A stretch of 64,000 nt of DNA from positions 1 through 64,000 of the forward strand of contig JANVYQ010000005.1 of assembly GCA_030059675.1 (NCBI GenBank). The letters run 5' to 3'. How positions within the stretch are numbered: the first letter of the stretch is position 1; the number at the start of each line of letters is the position of its first letter. Below the pieces are notes generated by a model, which searched no databases, was not told the DNA's origin, and was given only the letters and a program-made list of their open reading frames with translations. Below, one piece after another: positions 18,099 through 27,726 of the stretch. The position numbers were made by a program, and so were the translations under genes. Source of the DNA: Candidatus Pelearchaeum maunauluense. GTDB lineage: Archaea; Thermoproteota; Nitrososphaeria_A; Caldarchaeales; Caldarchaeaceae.

Positions 18099-19430
18099 TC
18101 ACGCTCTATTGTCTATTATGCGCTTGGCCTTGCCAACCTCCTGGCGCGGCAGCGTCATAGGGTCAACAACCTCCACCTCTGGCTCCACCATCAGTATTTC
18201 ATGCAGCTCGCGGCGGAGTATCTGGGCCAGCCTGGCTTTCTCATCCCCGCCTACCTTATCCCTGGCCTCAACAACTATCTTCAGCTGGTCAAGCCCCTTC
18301 ACGCGGCTGACATGTATCTGATACTCCATCCCCAGCTCAGGATGCTTAAGTAGAGTGGTCTCAACCATACTAGGCCATATAGCCACTCCACGAACCTTAA
18401 TCATATCATCAATCCTCATCTTTATGGGCGCTATCCTAACATGCGTCCTCCCACAGTCGCATGATGTGCTGTCGTATATTCTTGAGAGGTCGCGCGAGCG
18501 GTACCTAATGAGAGGCGCCGCCTCTTTTGTGAGCGACGTAAATACCAGCTCCCCCTCCTCCTCAGGTTCTAGCTGCTCCCCAGTCTGGGGGTCTATAACT
18601 TCTACTATGAAATGGTCCTCCCAGACATGTAGCCCATCGTGTATTCTACAATCGTTTGCCACGCCTGGGCCGCATAGCTCGGTGAATCCATAGATGTCGT
18701 AGACATCCATGTCCCATACTTCTGAGATTCGGCGCTTCATCTCTTCCGTCCATGTCTCCGAGCCGAATACTCCTTTACGCACCCTAGTATCCTTGGCTGG
18801 GTCTATACCCATCTCCAGCGCGGTCTCGGTTAGTCTAAGCATATACGAGACGACGGCGCATACCATGGTGGTTCCGAAGTCCTGCATGAATTGTATCTGC
18901 CGCCTGCTGAAGCCAGCTCCAGAAGGGACTATAAGCGCCCCAACCTTACGCGCGCCGTGGTAGAATCCAAAACCACCCGTGAACATCCCGAAGCTTGGGG
19001 TTATCTGAAAGACATCCTCGCGCGAGAGTCCAGACATGACGAGAGACCTAGCTGAGACATCAGCCCATACCTCCAGGTCGTTCTCCGTGTATAGCCCAAG
19101 CGTGGGCGCTCCAGTAGTCCCAGATGTTGCGTGCATCTCCACCACCTCGCTCAGCGGAACGGCCAGCATACCAAATGGATAATGGTCGCGGAGGGTCTGC
19201 TTGGTGGTGAAGGGGAGACGCGCTATATCATCCAAGCTACGAATATCCTCTGGCTTAACCCCAAGCCTATCCATCTCCCGCCTATAGTATGCTACATTAT
19301 TATACACACGCGAGACTGTCTGACGTAGCCTTTTCAACTGAATCTCCGCTATATCCCTACGACTCATTCTCTCGGCTGTAGGATTGAAGTATCGCTCCAT
19401 ACCTGTCAAAACACCGCGCAAGCTAGACAA
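18099..19430 (-). CDS. paaK: Phenylacetate-CoA ligase family (aryl-CoA ligase)
   Basis: LPFTTK..LRDHYPFG, HATSGTTG, DIYGFTELCGPGV, PLIRYR, R.DDMIKVRGV. Confidence 0.88.
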   Translation of the reverse strand: MSSLRGVLTGMERYFNPTAERMSRRDIAEIQLKRLRQTVSRVYNNVAYYRREMDRLGVKPEDIRSLDDIARLPFTTKQTLRDHYPFGMLAVPLSEVVEMHATSGTTGAPTLGLYTENDLEVWADVSARSLVMSGLSREDVFQITPSFGMFTGGFGFYHGARKVGALIVPSGAGFSRRQIQFMQDFGTTMVCAVVSYMLRLTETALEMGIDPAKDTRVRKGVFGSETWTEEMKRRISEVWDMDVYDIYGFTELCGPGVANDCRIHDGLHVWEDHFIVEVIDPQTGEQLEPEEEGELVFTSLTKEAAPLIRYRSRDLSRIYDSTSCDCGRTHVRIAPIKMRIDDMIKVRGVAIWPSMVETTLLKHPELGMEYQIHVSRVKGLDQLKIVVEARDKVGGDEKARLAQILRRELHEILMVEPEVEVVDPMTLPRQEVGKAKRIIDNRA

Positions 19431-19494
19431 TAATTAGCTTTTATTCATGATTTTGCTCATGGTGTTTTGATATACGAAATATGTTAGGCTTGTT

Positions 19495-20556
19495 CTAGCT
19501 ATCTTGACTTCTACGCATTTCCTCCAACTCCTCCTGCAAATGCCAGGGAAGGCTAGAGTAGATATCTTCAAAGATTACTTCAGGCGATAACTGTGGAGCG
19601 GCCTCAGCGTCCTCGGTTGCACGCCTCAACTCATCCCTAAACTCCTCAACAAACTTCAACTCTTCCTCACTACTCCATAGGCCGGCTTTCTCAAGATAAC
19701 GCCTCAGCCTCATAATCGGGTCCCGTCTCCTCCAACGCTCAACCTCCTCATCACTCCTATACCTCTTAGGGTCGTCAGCAGTAGTATGAGGCCCCAAACG
19801 ATATGTTATGGCCTCTATCAGCGTCGGCCCCTCAAAGCGGCGTGCACGCTCGGCTGCTCTACGCGTTGCCAAATAGACGGCTATAACATCATTACCATCA
19901 ACCTGTACAGACTCCATCCCATAGGCTCTGCCCTTAACCGCTATGTTCTCCGAGGCCGTTTGGAGGTTTATCGGAACCGAGATGGCCCATTGGTTGTTTT
20001 GGCAGAAGAATACTGTCGGTGTTTTGAATAAGGCTGCGAAGTTGGCTGCTTCGTGGAAGTCTCCTTTTGATGTCGCGCCGTCGCCGAAATAGACGAGAGC
20101 GACTGTCGGCTCGTTGCGTAGTTTGCAAGCTAGCGAGAAGCCTACTGCTACGGGTATCATGAGCGATACTGCGCCTACTGGAACCACTATCCTACGTTGC
20201 GCGTTTCCATACAGCGTTATCTCATGCCCCTTTAGAACATCCCTGCTATTGGCCAACATCCTATCCATAAGCTCCAGTAATGGAACCTTCCGCGCTATGA
20301 AGACGGGAAACTCGCGATAGGTTGGGAAGATTATATCCCGTTCATCCAGCGCGTATGCGCTTCCAACCATAGCCGCCTCCTGCCCCTCGCTTGGCGGGTA
20401 TCGCGAAGCCCTACCCATAGGATGTATCTTCAGCATCCACTCATCAAACAGCCGAGAAGCCAGCATATCCTTAAACATGCTTAACAGAAGCTTATCCGTA
20501 ACTTCTTCTGGGAGCGGTTTTGATAGACTTCCATCGTCGTTTAGCAGGGATAGCAT
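19495..20556 (-). CDS. pdhA: 2-oxoacid dehydrogenase E1 alpha subunit (TPP-dependent)
   Basis: GQEA, YFGDGATSKGDFHEA.N, QNNQWAIS, TYRLGPHTTADDP..YR. Confidence 0.9.
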   Translation of the reverse strand: MLSLLNDDGSLSKPLPEEVTDKLLLSMFKDMLASRLFDEWMLKIHPMGRASRYPPSEGQEAAMVGSAYALDERDIIFPTYREFPVFIARKVPLLELMDRMLANSRDVLKGHEITLYGNAQRRIVVPVGAVSLMIPVAVGFSLACKLRNEPTVALVYFGDGATSKGDFHEAANFAALFKTPTVFFCQNNQWAISVPINLQTASENIAVKGRAYGMESVQVDGNDVIAVYLATRRAAERARRFEGPTLIEAITYRLGPHTTADDPKRYRSDEEVERWRRRDPIMRLRRYLEKAGLWSSEEELKFVEEFRDELRRATEDAEAAPQLSPEVIFEDIYSSLPWHLQEELEEMRRSQDS

Positions 20557-20580
20557 GAAAATCTCCTCCCTTCTAGATTA

Positions 20581-21801
20581 TCACCGCGCCTTGGCCGCTC
20601 TAAGCTCCTTAAGAATAGCCACGAGCTCCTGCTCCGAGATTGGGCCTTTACGCTCTATTGAGAGCTCCTTCACCTTATCAGCTAGAGGCTGTAGTTCTTC
20701 TTGTGAGCATTCCAAGCCAAGCTGTTTTAGCTTCCACTCTATTGAGTGTCTGCCGCTCTTCTTGCCCAGCAGTACGTCATGTTTGTTTCCTACTAACTCT
20801 GGGAGGTATGCCTCGGAGCCTAGGTGATATTTCATCCAGCCTGCTACGGATATCCCAGACTCGCGTGTGAATACTCTATCCCCTACCACGGGCTTGTTAG
20901 GCGGCATCTTGAATCCAGTAAGCCGCTCCACCAGCTTGGATAGCTGGACTAGCTTCGGGTAGTTGAGTCCAACTCTTACTTTATAGAGGAGTTCAAGGGT
21001 TAGGCTAACCTCCTCCAACGCGGCATTCCCAGCCCGCTCACCAATCCCATTAACGGATACATGGACAACCTCGGCACCAGCGCTCAGGCCAGCGACACTA
21101 CACGCAGTCCCAAGACCAAAATCATTATGGCAGTGAACCTCAATAGGGACTTCAACGGATTTCCTTATCTCCCTTACTAGGTATCTGAAGCCTTCAGGAG
21201 TTGCGCAGCCGAAGGTATCAACCACCGCTATTGCATCAGCCTTCGCTTCGCGTACGACTGTCTGGTAGAGGTTTTTTAGGAAATTTAAGTCTGCGCGCGT
21301 TCCATCAACACCGAAGAAGACCGTGTATAGGCCGTGTTGTTTGGCGTACTCCACGCCTGATACTGCTTTCTCCACTACAGATTCTCCGCTCCAACCGAAC
21401 TGCATAAGCTTGGGCACACCTACGGGTCCTTCCACGATTATTCCAGAGACTTCAGCCTCCACCGCCGCGTCTATATCCTCCTTAACCAGACGCGCGAACG
21501 CGAAGACCTTGGCCTTAAGCCCTTCACGGGCTATTGCCTTAACTGCGTTAAAGTCATCCTTGGAGACTACTGGCATCCCAGCTTCTATGCGGTGGACGCC
21601 CACAGCGTCCAGCTCGCGCGCTATAGCTAGCTTCTCCTCGCTCCTCAGCACGACGCCTGGCGTCTGCTCACCATCACGGAGCGTAACATCGTGTATATAG
21701 ACTTGTTTGGGAAAGCTTAGGCTGCTTCTCGCTTCTTCGCTAAAGTTGTAGGGGCTTACCCACCATTTATCGCCTCTCCAGGGTGCGTCGCTACCCTCCA
21801 T
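20581..21801 (-). CDS. DRE-TIM metallolyase, LeuA/homocitrate-synthase-like, without regulatory domain
   Basis: DVTLRDGEQTPG, HCHNDFGLG, NGIGERAGNA, LGKKSGR. Confidence 0.85.
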   Translation of the reverse strand: MEGSDAPWRGDKWWVSPYNFSEEARSSLSFPKQVYIHDVTLRDGEQTPGVVLRSEEKLAIARELDAVGVHRIEAGMPVVSKDDFNAVKAIAREGLKAKVFAFARLVKEDIDAAVEAEVSGIIVEGPVGVPKLMQFGWSGESVVEKAVSGVEYAKQHGLYTVFFGVDGTRADLNFLKNLYQTVVREAKADAIAVVDTFGCATPEGFRYLVREIRKSVEVPIEVHCHNDFGLGTACSVAGLSAGAEVVHVSVNGIGERAGNAALEEVSLTLELLYKVRVGLNYPKLVQLSKLVERLTGFKMPPNKPVVGDRVFTRESGISVAGWMKYHLGSEAYLPELVGNKHDVLLGKKSGRHSIEWKLKQLGLECSQEELQPLADKVKELSIERKGPISEQELVAILKELRAAKAR

Positions 21802-21803
21802 GA

Positions 21804-22787
21804 CTAGGCACTCTCCGCCACAACTTGATTACGCATTACCCCCAGCCTCTCCACCTCGGATTCCACGGTGTCGCCTGGCTTAAGATAATACCGCTCAGGA
21901 TTCTCTCTAAAAGCAGCAACACCCGAAATAGTCCCAGTCGTTATTATGTCTCCAGGCTCAAGCATAACCCACGAGTAGTGCTCTATAATCTCTGGTATTG
22001 AGACAGATAGCCTGCTCGTACTTCCTGACTGACGCACCTCACCATTAACCCTTAGCTCCATCTTGAGATTATGCGGGTCTGGTATGTCGTCCTTAAGCGT
22101 AAGCCAAGGCCCCATAGGCGCGAAAGTGTCTAGATTCTTTCCGAAGTTTAGAAGACCATTCTTCATCTCCTCACGCTGAATATCGCGCGCCGTGATGTCG
22201 TTAAACACCATATAGCCTGCGATGTAATCGTAGGCTTTATCGCGTGAGATATATTTCCCGCGCCGTCCAATAACTATGGCGACCTCAAGCTCGTAATCAA
22301 GCTCCTTCACAAACTTGGGATATACTATCGGGTCGTAAGGCCCTACAATAGCTGAGGTACTCTTTAGGAACGAAATCCACTGCGGTATGGGGAATTCCCA
22401 GCCAGATTTCTCTGCCTCATGTGCATGTTCTCTAAAGTTTCCTGCTGTGTGTATTATCTTTCCAGGCCTGGGTATGGGTGCTTTAAGCTTGACATCACGT
22501 ATGTTAAAGAGTATAGCCTGGCCTTCAGGGCCGTTAATATCTCCGCTGATTATTGCCTTCGTCTTCTCTTTCACGTTTTTAAGCGCTTCAAGAGCTCTCT
22601 CCCCGCGTCGTAGGAATTTCAATGCGTCGCTTGGGAGGAGTGCGTCTGCTAGGACTTCTACATCCTCCTCTCCCTGCTCTAGAAGAAGTGCCTGATATGC
22701 TAGGTTTGCGTCTATCACATACTCGTCCTCCACCAATCCAAGCCTAGGCTTCCTAAGCAAGGGATGTATGAACGTGGCGATTCTCAA
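21804..22787 (-). CDS. Fumarylacetoacetate hydrolase (FAH) family protein
   Basis: PGKII..AGNFREH, FLK, DYELE, NDITARD.Q, GKNLDTFAPMGP, PGDII.TGT. Confidence 0.92.
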   Translation of the reverse strand: MRIATFIHPLLRKPRLGLVEDEYVIDANLAYQALLLEQGEEDVEVLADALLPSDALKFLRRGERALEALKNVKEKTKAIISGDINGPEGQAILFNIRDVKLKAPIPRPGKIIHTAGNFREHAHEAEKSGWEFPIPQWISFLKSTSAIVGPYDPIVYPKFVKELDYELEVAIVIGRRGKYISRDKAYDYIAGYMVFNDITARDIQREEMKNGLLNFGKNLDTFAPMGPWLTLKDDIPDPHNLKMELRVNGEVRQSGSTSRLSVSIPEIIEHYSWVMLEPGDIITTGTISGVAAFRENPERYYLKPGDTVESEVERLGVMRNQVVAESA

Positions 22788-22881
22788 CCAACAATCCCCA
22801 GCGCAATCCCTACTCCACGTAGTTATTTACGTTTAGCAGCCTCAACCACGCTTAAATACGCCGATCAGCAACCACATAACC

Positions 22882-23685
22882 ATGAGCGAGCAACTAATTG
22901 AACATGTGCTCGCAGCCCGTGTATACGACCTAGGCCAGCCATACTTTAACGGAATGCCCGTACATCCAGAAGACCCGCCTTTCAACATGGTCATATACCG
23001 ATACCACGATTACACCAAGCAAATCTTTGAAAAAATTGCTCCAGGGTTCTCTGATTCTATGGAGCTGGTGATAACGAGTATGCATTCTGGGACGCATATT
23101 GACGCTCGCTGTCATATGGCTAGGAATGGCGAGCTACACGAGGGTGTTAAGGCTTCTGAGATAGCTTTCCACAGCGGCTATAAGAAGTATGGCACGGAGG
23201 AGATTCCAATCTACGTTAAGCGGGCTGTCCTCTTTGATGTCCCCGCGTATAAGGGGTTGGATATACTCCCAGCTCGCTATGGGATAACAGCTAAAGACCT
23301 TGAGGAGACGTTGAAGTGGGAGGGCGTTGAGCTAAAGCCTGGAGACGTGGCGCTAATTAGAACAGGATATTCTAGATACTTCACAACGGATAAGGAGAAG
23401 TATCTACATGACTTCGCTGGAATAACCGAAGAGAGCGCAAGATGGCTTGTTCAGAAGAAAATCTCACTACTGGGGATAGATAACCTTGCCATGGCAGTTC
23501 CTAAGCCGTTTGAGACGCATCTAATCTTCTTGGTTGACGCTGGAATCCATGTTATGAAGAGTCTTTATCTTGAGGAGCTAGCCCGCGACAAGCAGTATGT
23601 CTCGCTAATCATAGTTGCGCCTCTCAAGATTCGCGGAGCCACAGGCTCGCTAATTAGACCAATAGCTATAGCAGCCCAGAGATAG
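22882..23685 (+). CDS. Cyclase family metal hydrolase (kynurenine formamidase/isatin hydrolase-like)
   Basis: HSGTHIDA..H, GDVALIRTG, LGID, PLKIRGATGS..RPIA. Confidence 0.9.
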   Translation: MSEQLIEHVLAARVYDLGQPYFNGMPVHPEDPPFNMVIYRYHDYTKQIFEKIAPGFSDSMELVITSMHSGTHIDARCHMARNGELHEGVKASEIAFHSGYKKYGTEEIPIYVKRAVLFDVPAYKGLDILPARYGITAKDLEETLKWEGVELKPGDVALIRTGYSRYFTTDKEKYLHDFAGITEESARWLVQKKISLLGIDNLAMAVPKPFETHLIFLVDAGIHVMKSLYLEELARDKQYVSLIIVAPLKIRGATGSLIRPIAIAAQR

Positions 23686-23742
23686 CACGAAATAAACACA
23701 ATTTTAAAATATTTTTAATCATCATTACTTGAGAGTAAGAGC

Positions 23743-24162
23743 TTGAGCGATGAAATCATGCGTAAAAAAATTGTAGAGTTGGAAAACTCTTTGAGAATAG
23801 TAAGTGAAACAACTTCACTCTCTGTTAATGACTTTATGAGTGATATACGTAATATATACTCGCTGCGTATGGCAATTATAGAGTTTGTGGAAGCTGCTGC
23901 TAGCGTAGGCTTGGAACTGCTTAGGAGAAGGCTGAAAGTTTATGATATTGATGGTTATCCTCAGATATTTAGGAAGCTTGTTGAGCAGGGATTATTATCG
24001 GAGAATGTGGGAAGCGCTATGGTTAGCCTAGCCAAGCTTAGAAATCTCATAGTCCATAGATATTGGGAGGTTGATGACTTACGTATTTATCATGAGGCGC
24101 GTAAGAACGGATTAGAGAAGGCTAGGCGCTTCATAGAGGAGGTGAGGAACCTATACCCATAG
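23743..24162 (+). CDS. HepT-like (DUF86) HEPN RNase toxin
   Basis: RNLIVHRY (Rx4HxY) motif. Confidence 0.88.
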   Translation: MSDEIMRKKIVELENSLRIVSETTSLSVNDFMSDIRNIYSLRMAIIEFVEAAASVGLELLRRRLKVYDIDGYPQIFRKLVEQGLLSENVGSAMVSLAKLRNLIVHRYWEVDDLRIYHEARKNGLEKARRFIEEVRNLYP

Positions 24163-24566
24163 AGGTTGAATTACGCGAGAGGTTTACTTTCCACAGCCTA
24201 ACGCCTAGTCAGAAGCGGCTCATAATTGATAAGCTACGCGAGACTCTCGCTACTCGTGAGGAAATTCTACTCGCCATACTGCACGGCTCATTCCTAAAGG
24301 AGTATCCTTTTAGAGATGTGGATGTGGCCCTATACGTTAAAGATGTGTTAGACATGCTTGACTACAAACTAATGCTTGATGAAGAGCTGAGCAATAACCT
24401 AGGATATAGGGTTGATGTGCAGATTCTAAACCACGCGCCGCATTATTTCGTGTTAAACGTTTTCCGTAATGGCGTTATTTTGTTAGAGAAGGTTAATGGG
24501 TTATTTGCGTCTCTCTACTTGAGGGCGCTGGACGAACAGATGTTAGGCTGTATGTTGAAGTCTTGA
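24153..24566 (+). CDS. MNT nucleotidyltransferase antitoxin, probable ATA start
   Basis: Frame is open from the stop at 24123; ILLAILHGSFLKEYPFRDVDVA motif lies upstream of the first standard start (24318); SD GGAGGTGA at 24138-24145. Confidence 0.8.
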   Translation: MPIEVELRERFTFHSLTPSQKRLIIDKLRETLATREEILLAILHGSFLKEYPFRDVDVALYVKDVLDMLDYKLMLDEELSNNLGYRVDVQILNHAPHYFVLNVFRNGVILLEKVNGLFASLYLRALDEQMLGCMLKS

Positions 24567-24634
24567 AGTCTTCCTGGCCAACTATGTTTAACCTTATAGC
24601 TTGTTGTTTCTAGGTTGTCTCTGAGGTTTGGAGT

Positions 24635-25477
24635 ATGAGTTGGGGAAGGCTTGCTGGAGAGCCTACTGTTGAGGGGGAGATTGAAAGGCCTAAGAGAGAG
24701 GTTAAGCCAGGAGAGCGTTTCCGCGGCCAGATAGCGATGGTTACAGGTGCTGGGCGAGGTTTTGGTAAGCTCATCGCGCTAGCCCTGGCGCGTGAGGGCG
24801 CCGACGTAATAGTCCATTATAATAAATCGCGCGAGCAGGCCGAGCAGACGGCAGAAGAGATACGTAGCATGGGCAGGAGAGCCACGACAGTCAAGGCAGA
24901 CATAACAAAATGGAGCGAGGTTAAGGCTGCTGTGGATAAGGTATGGAAGGAGTTCGGCCCTATAGATGTGCTGATAAACAACGCGGGGGACGTGGCTTGG
25001 GGCCAGATGTCGTGGAGAGAGATTACCGAAGAGAGGATTGATGAAGTTCTTGCCGTTGATATAAAGGGCACGTTATTCATGATACATGAGGTTGGGAGCA
25101 GGATGCTTGAGCGGAAGTCAGGCGTTATAGTGAATGTATGCTCTAACGTGATTGTTACTGGAAGCCCCCGCGCGCCCCAGTATGCGGCGTCAAAGTACGG
25201 TGTTCTGGGCTTAACGAAGTCTTATGCGCTTGCCTTCGCTCCCTGGGTTCGCGTCAACGCGGCTGCTCCAGGGTATATGGATACAGAATCACTGAGAGCA
25301 AGGCCTGACTGGACGCCTGAGAGGAGAAAATGGGTGGTTGACCACACACCCTTGAGGAGAATAGGAAAACCTGAAGACATAGTGCCTGTCATACTCTTCC
25401 TAGCGTCAGATGACTCTATCCACATGACGGGAAACGTGGTAATCTGCGATGGAGGCTTCAGCATGCCAGGAGCCTAA
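24635..25477 (+). CDS. Short-chain dehydrogenase/reductase (SDR)
   Basis: TGAGRGFG, NNAG, YAASK, DGG. Confidence 0.93.
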   Translation: MSWGRLAGEPTVEGEIERPKREVKPGERFRGQIAMVTGAGRGFGKLIALALAREGADVIVHYNKSREQAEQTAEEIRSMGRRATTVKADITKWSEVKAAVDKVWKEFGPIDVLINNAGDVAWGQMSWREITEERIDEVLAVDIKGTLFMIHEVGSRMLERKSGVIVNVCSNVIVTGSPRAPQYAASKYGVLGLTKSYALAFAPWVRVNAAAPGYMDTESLRARPDWTPERRKWVVDHTPLRRIGKPEDIVPVILFLASDDSIHMTGNVVICDGGFSMPGA

Positions 25478-25493
25478 AAAATTATTTTATTTT

Positions 25494-26282
25494 TTATCTT
25501 CCCTTAAATTCAGGTTTCCTCTTCTCCAGGAACGCCTTTATTCCTTCTGCCCTGTCTTCAGTCAGCCATGTATAGTAGTGTATCTCTTTCTCAAACTCCA
25601 GGCCAGCCGATAGGTGTGTCTCTTGGCTGGCGTTTATGGCTCGTTTTATGAGCGCCACTATTACTGGGCTTTTTGTCTTGATCTCCTCTGCCAGCTTAAT
25701 AACTTCCTCACGAAGCTTGTCAGGCTCCACCACCGTATTTACCAGCCCCAGCCTCTCTGCTTCCTGGGCGTTTATCATCCTGCCTGTGAACATCAGCTCC
25801 TTGGCCTTCCTCAGGCCTATGTAGCGGGGTAGTCTCTGTGTCGCTCCTCCTCCTGGGACTAGCCCGACACGAACTTCGGTCTGGCCGAAGACCGCGCGTG
25901 ATGTTGCTATCACTAGGTCGCATCCCTGTATTATTTCACAGCCCCCGCCTAAGCAGTAGCCATCAACGGCCGCGATTACTACTTTCGTCATGTCTTGCAC
26001 GTATTGGGCTATGAGCTGTGTTCCCACCTCGCGGTGGTATTGTCTAATCCCCAGACCTGTTAGGCTGTATAGCTCATTCAGGTCTGCACCTGCGCAGAAG
26101 TTTCCCCCCGCGCCTTCAAGAACAACCACCCGCACCTGCTCATCATGTTCAGCTAGGCGTAGAGCCTCCAAAAGCTCCTTACGCATCTGGGTATTGAGCG
26201 CATTCCGCTTATCAGGTCTATTCAACGTTATCCAAGCCACCGAATCCTCAACAACATACTTTACAGACTCACCGAGAGGCAT
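25494..26282 (-). CDS. Enoyl-CoA hydratase/isomerase
   Basis: LNRPDKRNAL, FCAGAD, GYCLGGGCE, QTEVRVG..PGGGATQRL. Confidence 0.93.
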   Translation of the reverse strand: MPLGESVKYVVEDSVAWITLNRPDKRNALNTQMRKELLEALRLAEHDEQVRVVVLEGAGGNFCAGADLNELYSLTGLGIRQYHREVGTQLIAQYVQDMTKVVIAAVDGYCLGGGCEIIQGCDLVIATSRAVFGQTEVRVGLVPGGGATQRLPRYIGLRKAKELMFTGRMINAQEAERLGLVNTVVEPDKLREEVIKLAEEIKTKSPVIVALIKRAINASQETHLSAGLEFEKEIHYYTWLTEDRAEGIKAFLEKRKPEFKGR

Positions 26283-26423
26283 GGCCTAACGCGTAACCAC
26301 CTGCTAAAAAGCATAGCCAACCTGATGCGCATTAGCTTCGTATATCAGCGCAGAGTTACGACACTTAAATAACTGCTCGTAATGTTGGTATCTGTGATTA
26401 GCTGGTATGTGTGGTGCTGAGAC

Positions 26424-27722
26424 ATGGTTGTAGAACAGCTCCAAGATATACTCAAGCGGGTTGACGCTGAGAAGACTGTGAAACGCACTATGGAGCTGGC
26501 TAATATTGAAAGCCCCACGGGTAGTGAGGGAGAGGTTGCGCAGCTCTATAAGGCGATGATGGAAGAGGTAGGCATGAGGGTAACCCTACAGGAAGTTGAG
26601 CCCAACCGCTATAATGCTGTGGGAGTTCTACGCGGTAAAGGCGGCGGGGCATCACTCATGTTTAACGGACATCTAGACACCTCCTTCTCACCACGCGACG
26701 ACCCAGAGGTTCTCAAAGCAATCTCACCAGTTTACCGCTTTGAGCCCCCATGGTCTTACCGCGAGGGGGACTGGATATATGGTATGGGCGTCTTTAACAT
26801 GAAAGGCGCTTTAGCCGCCTACGTATCAGCCGTTGAGGCTATACAGGAAGCTGGAGCAGAGCTTAAGGGAGATATAATGATAGCTGGAGTTGTGGGGGAG
26901 ATTGAGAAAACCCAAGTTGACCAGTACCGTGGAGCCCAGTATCGTGGTTATGGTTATGGAACAGCATACCTGGTTACGCATGGGGGGATAACCGACTACG
27001 CTATTATCGGCGAGCCTACTGGGCTTAGGCTTATGCTGGCACACTTCGGCTCGGTCTGGGCTAAAATATCTCTGAAGGGTAAGATGGTGCATACAGCCCA
27101 TGCCGCTGGGACGCAGAACCTAATCCTACAGATGACGCGGATATTGAATGCGCTTGAGTCTTGGATACCCGACTACCAGCAACGCTACCAATACCAGTCG
27201 GTTAAGCCTATTGTGAATATAGGGGCTATAGAGGGGGGCTGGCCTTGGAGATGCTCCAGAACACCATGGTTCTGCAATCTATACTTGGACATAAGATACC
27301 CGCCGAGGCGTAGTGCCGTGGATGTAAAGGAGGAGTTGGAAAGTGTCTTGGCGCGTGTGGAGAAGGAGACGGGAATTAAGGCTGACTTGGAGATTTATGT
27401 AAGCGACGCCTGGGCTGAGGTCTCCGAAGACGAGTATGTGGTTAAAGCTCTTGATAAAGCCCACGAGCAGGTCTTCAACCAGCAGTTGGAGCGGGTGGTC
27501 TTCTCATGGTCGTCAGACGCCAACGTACTCACGAGAAACGGCGTCGTCGCAGTCAATTATGGCCCATCAGGCGGGCCGGGAAAAGAGACGCGCGGCACGC
27601 TTTACATACCAAACCTAATAGGATGCACGAAGGTCTACGCTGCTGCTGCTGTAGATATATGTAATCAAGAACGCAAGAAGGTTAGGAGCAAGAGCTTTAC
27701 TATAACGTATGGAGGAGGTTAG
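26424..27722 (+). CDS. M20 (ArgE/DapE-like) amidohydrolase with atypical metal ligands
   Basis: SPTGSE, NGHLDT, GVFNMKG, VVGEIE, IGEPT, dimerisation domain. Confidence 0.85.
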   Translation: MVVEQLQDILKRVDAEKTVKRTMELANIESPTGSEGEVAQLYKAMMEEVGMRVTLQEVEPNRYNAVGVLRGKGGGASLMFNGHLDTSFSPRDDPEVLKAISPVYRFEPPWSYREGDWIYGMGVFNMKGALAAYVSAVEAIQEAGAELKGDIMIAGVVGEIEKTQVDQYRGAQYRGYGYGTAYLVTHGGITDYAIIGEPTGLRLMLAHFGSVWAKISLKGKMVHTAHAAGTQNLILQMTRILNALESWIPDYQQRYQYQSVKPIVNIGAIEGGWPWRCSRTPWFCNLYLDIRYPPRRSAVDVKEELESVLARVEKETGIKADLEIYVSDAWAEVSEDEYVVKALDKAHEQVFNQQLERVVFSWSSDANVLTRNGVVAVNYGPSGGPGKETRGTLYIPNLIGCTKVYAAAAVDICNQERKKVRSKSFTITYGGG

Positions 27723-27726
27723 GGGG

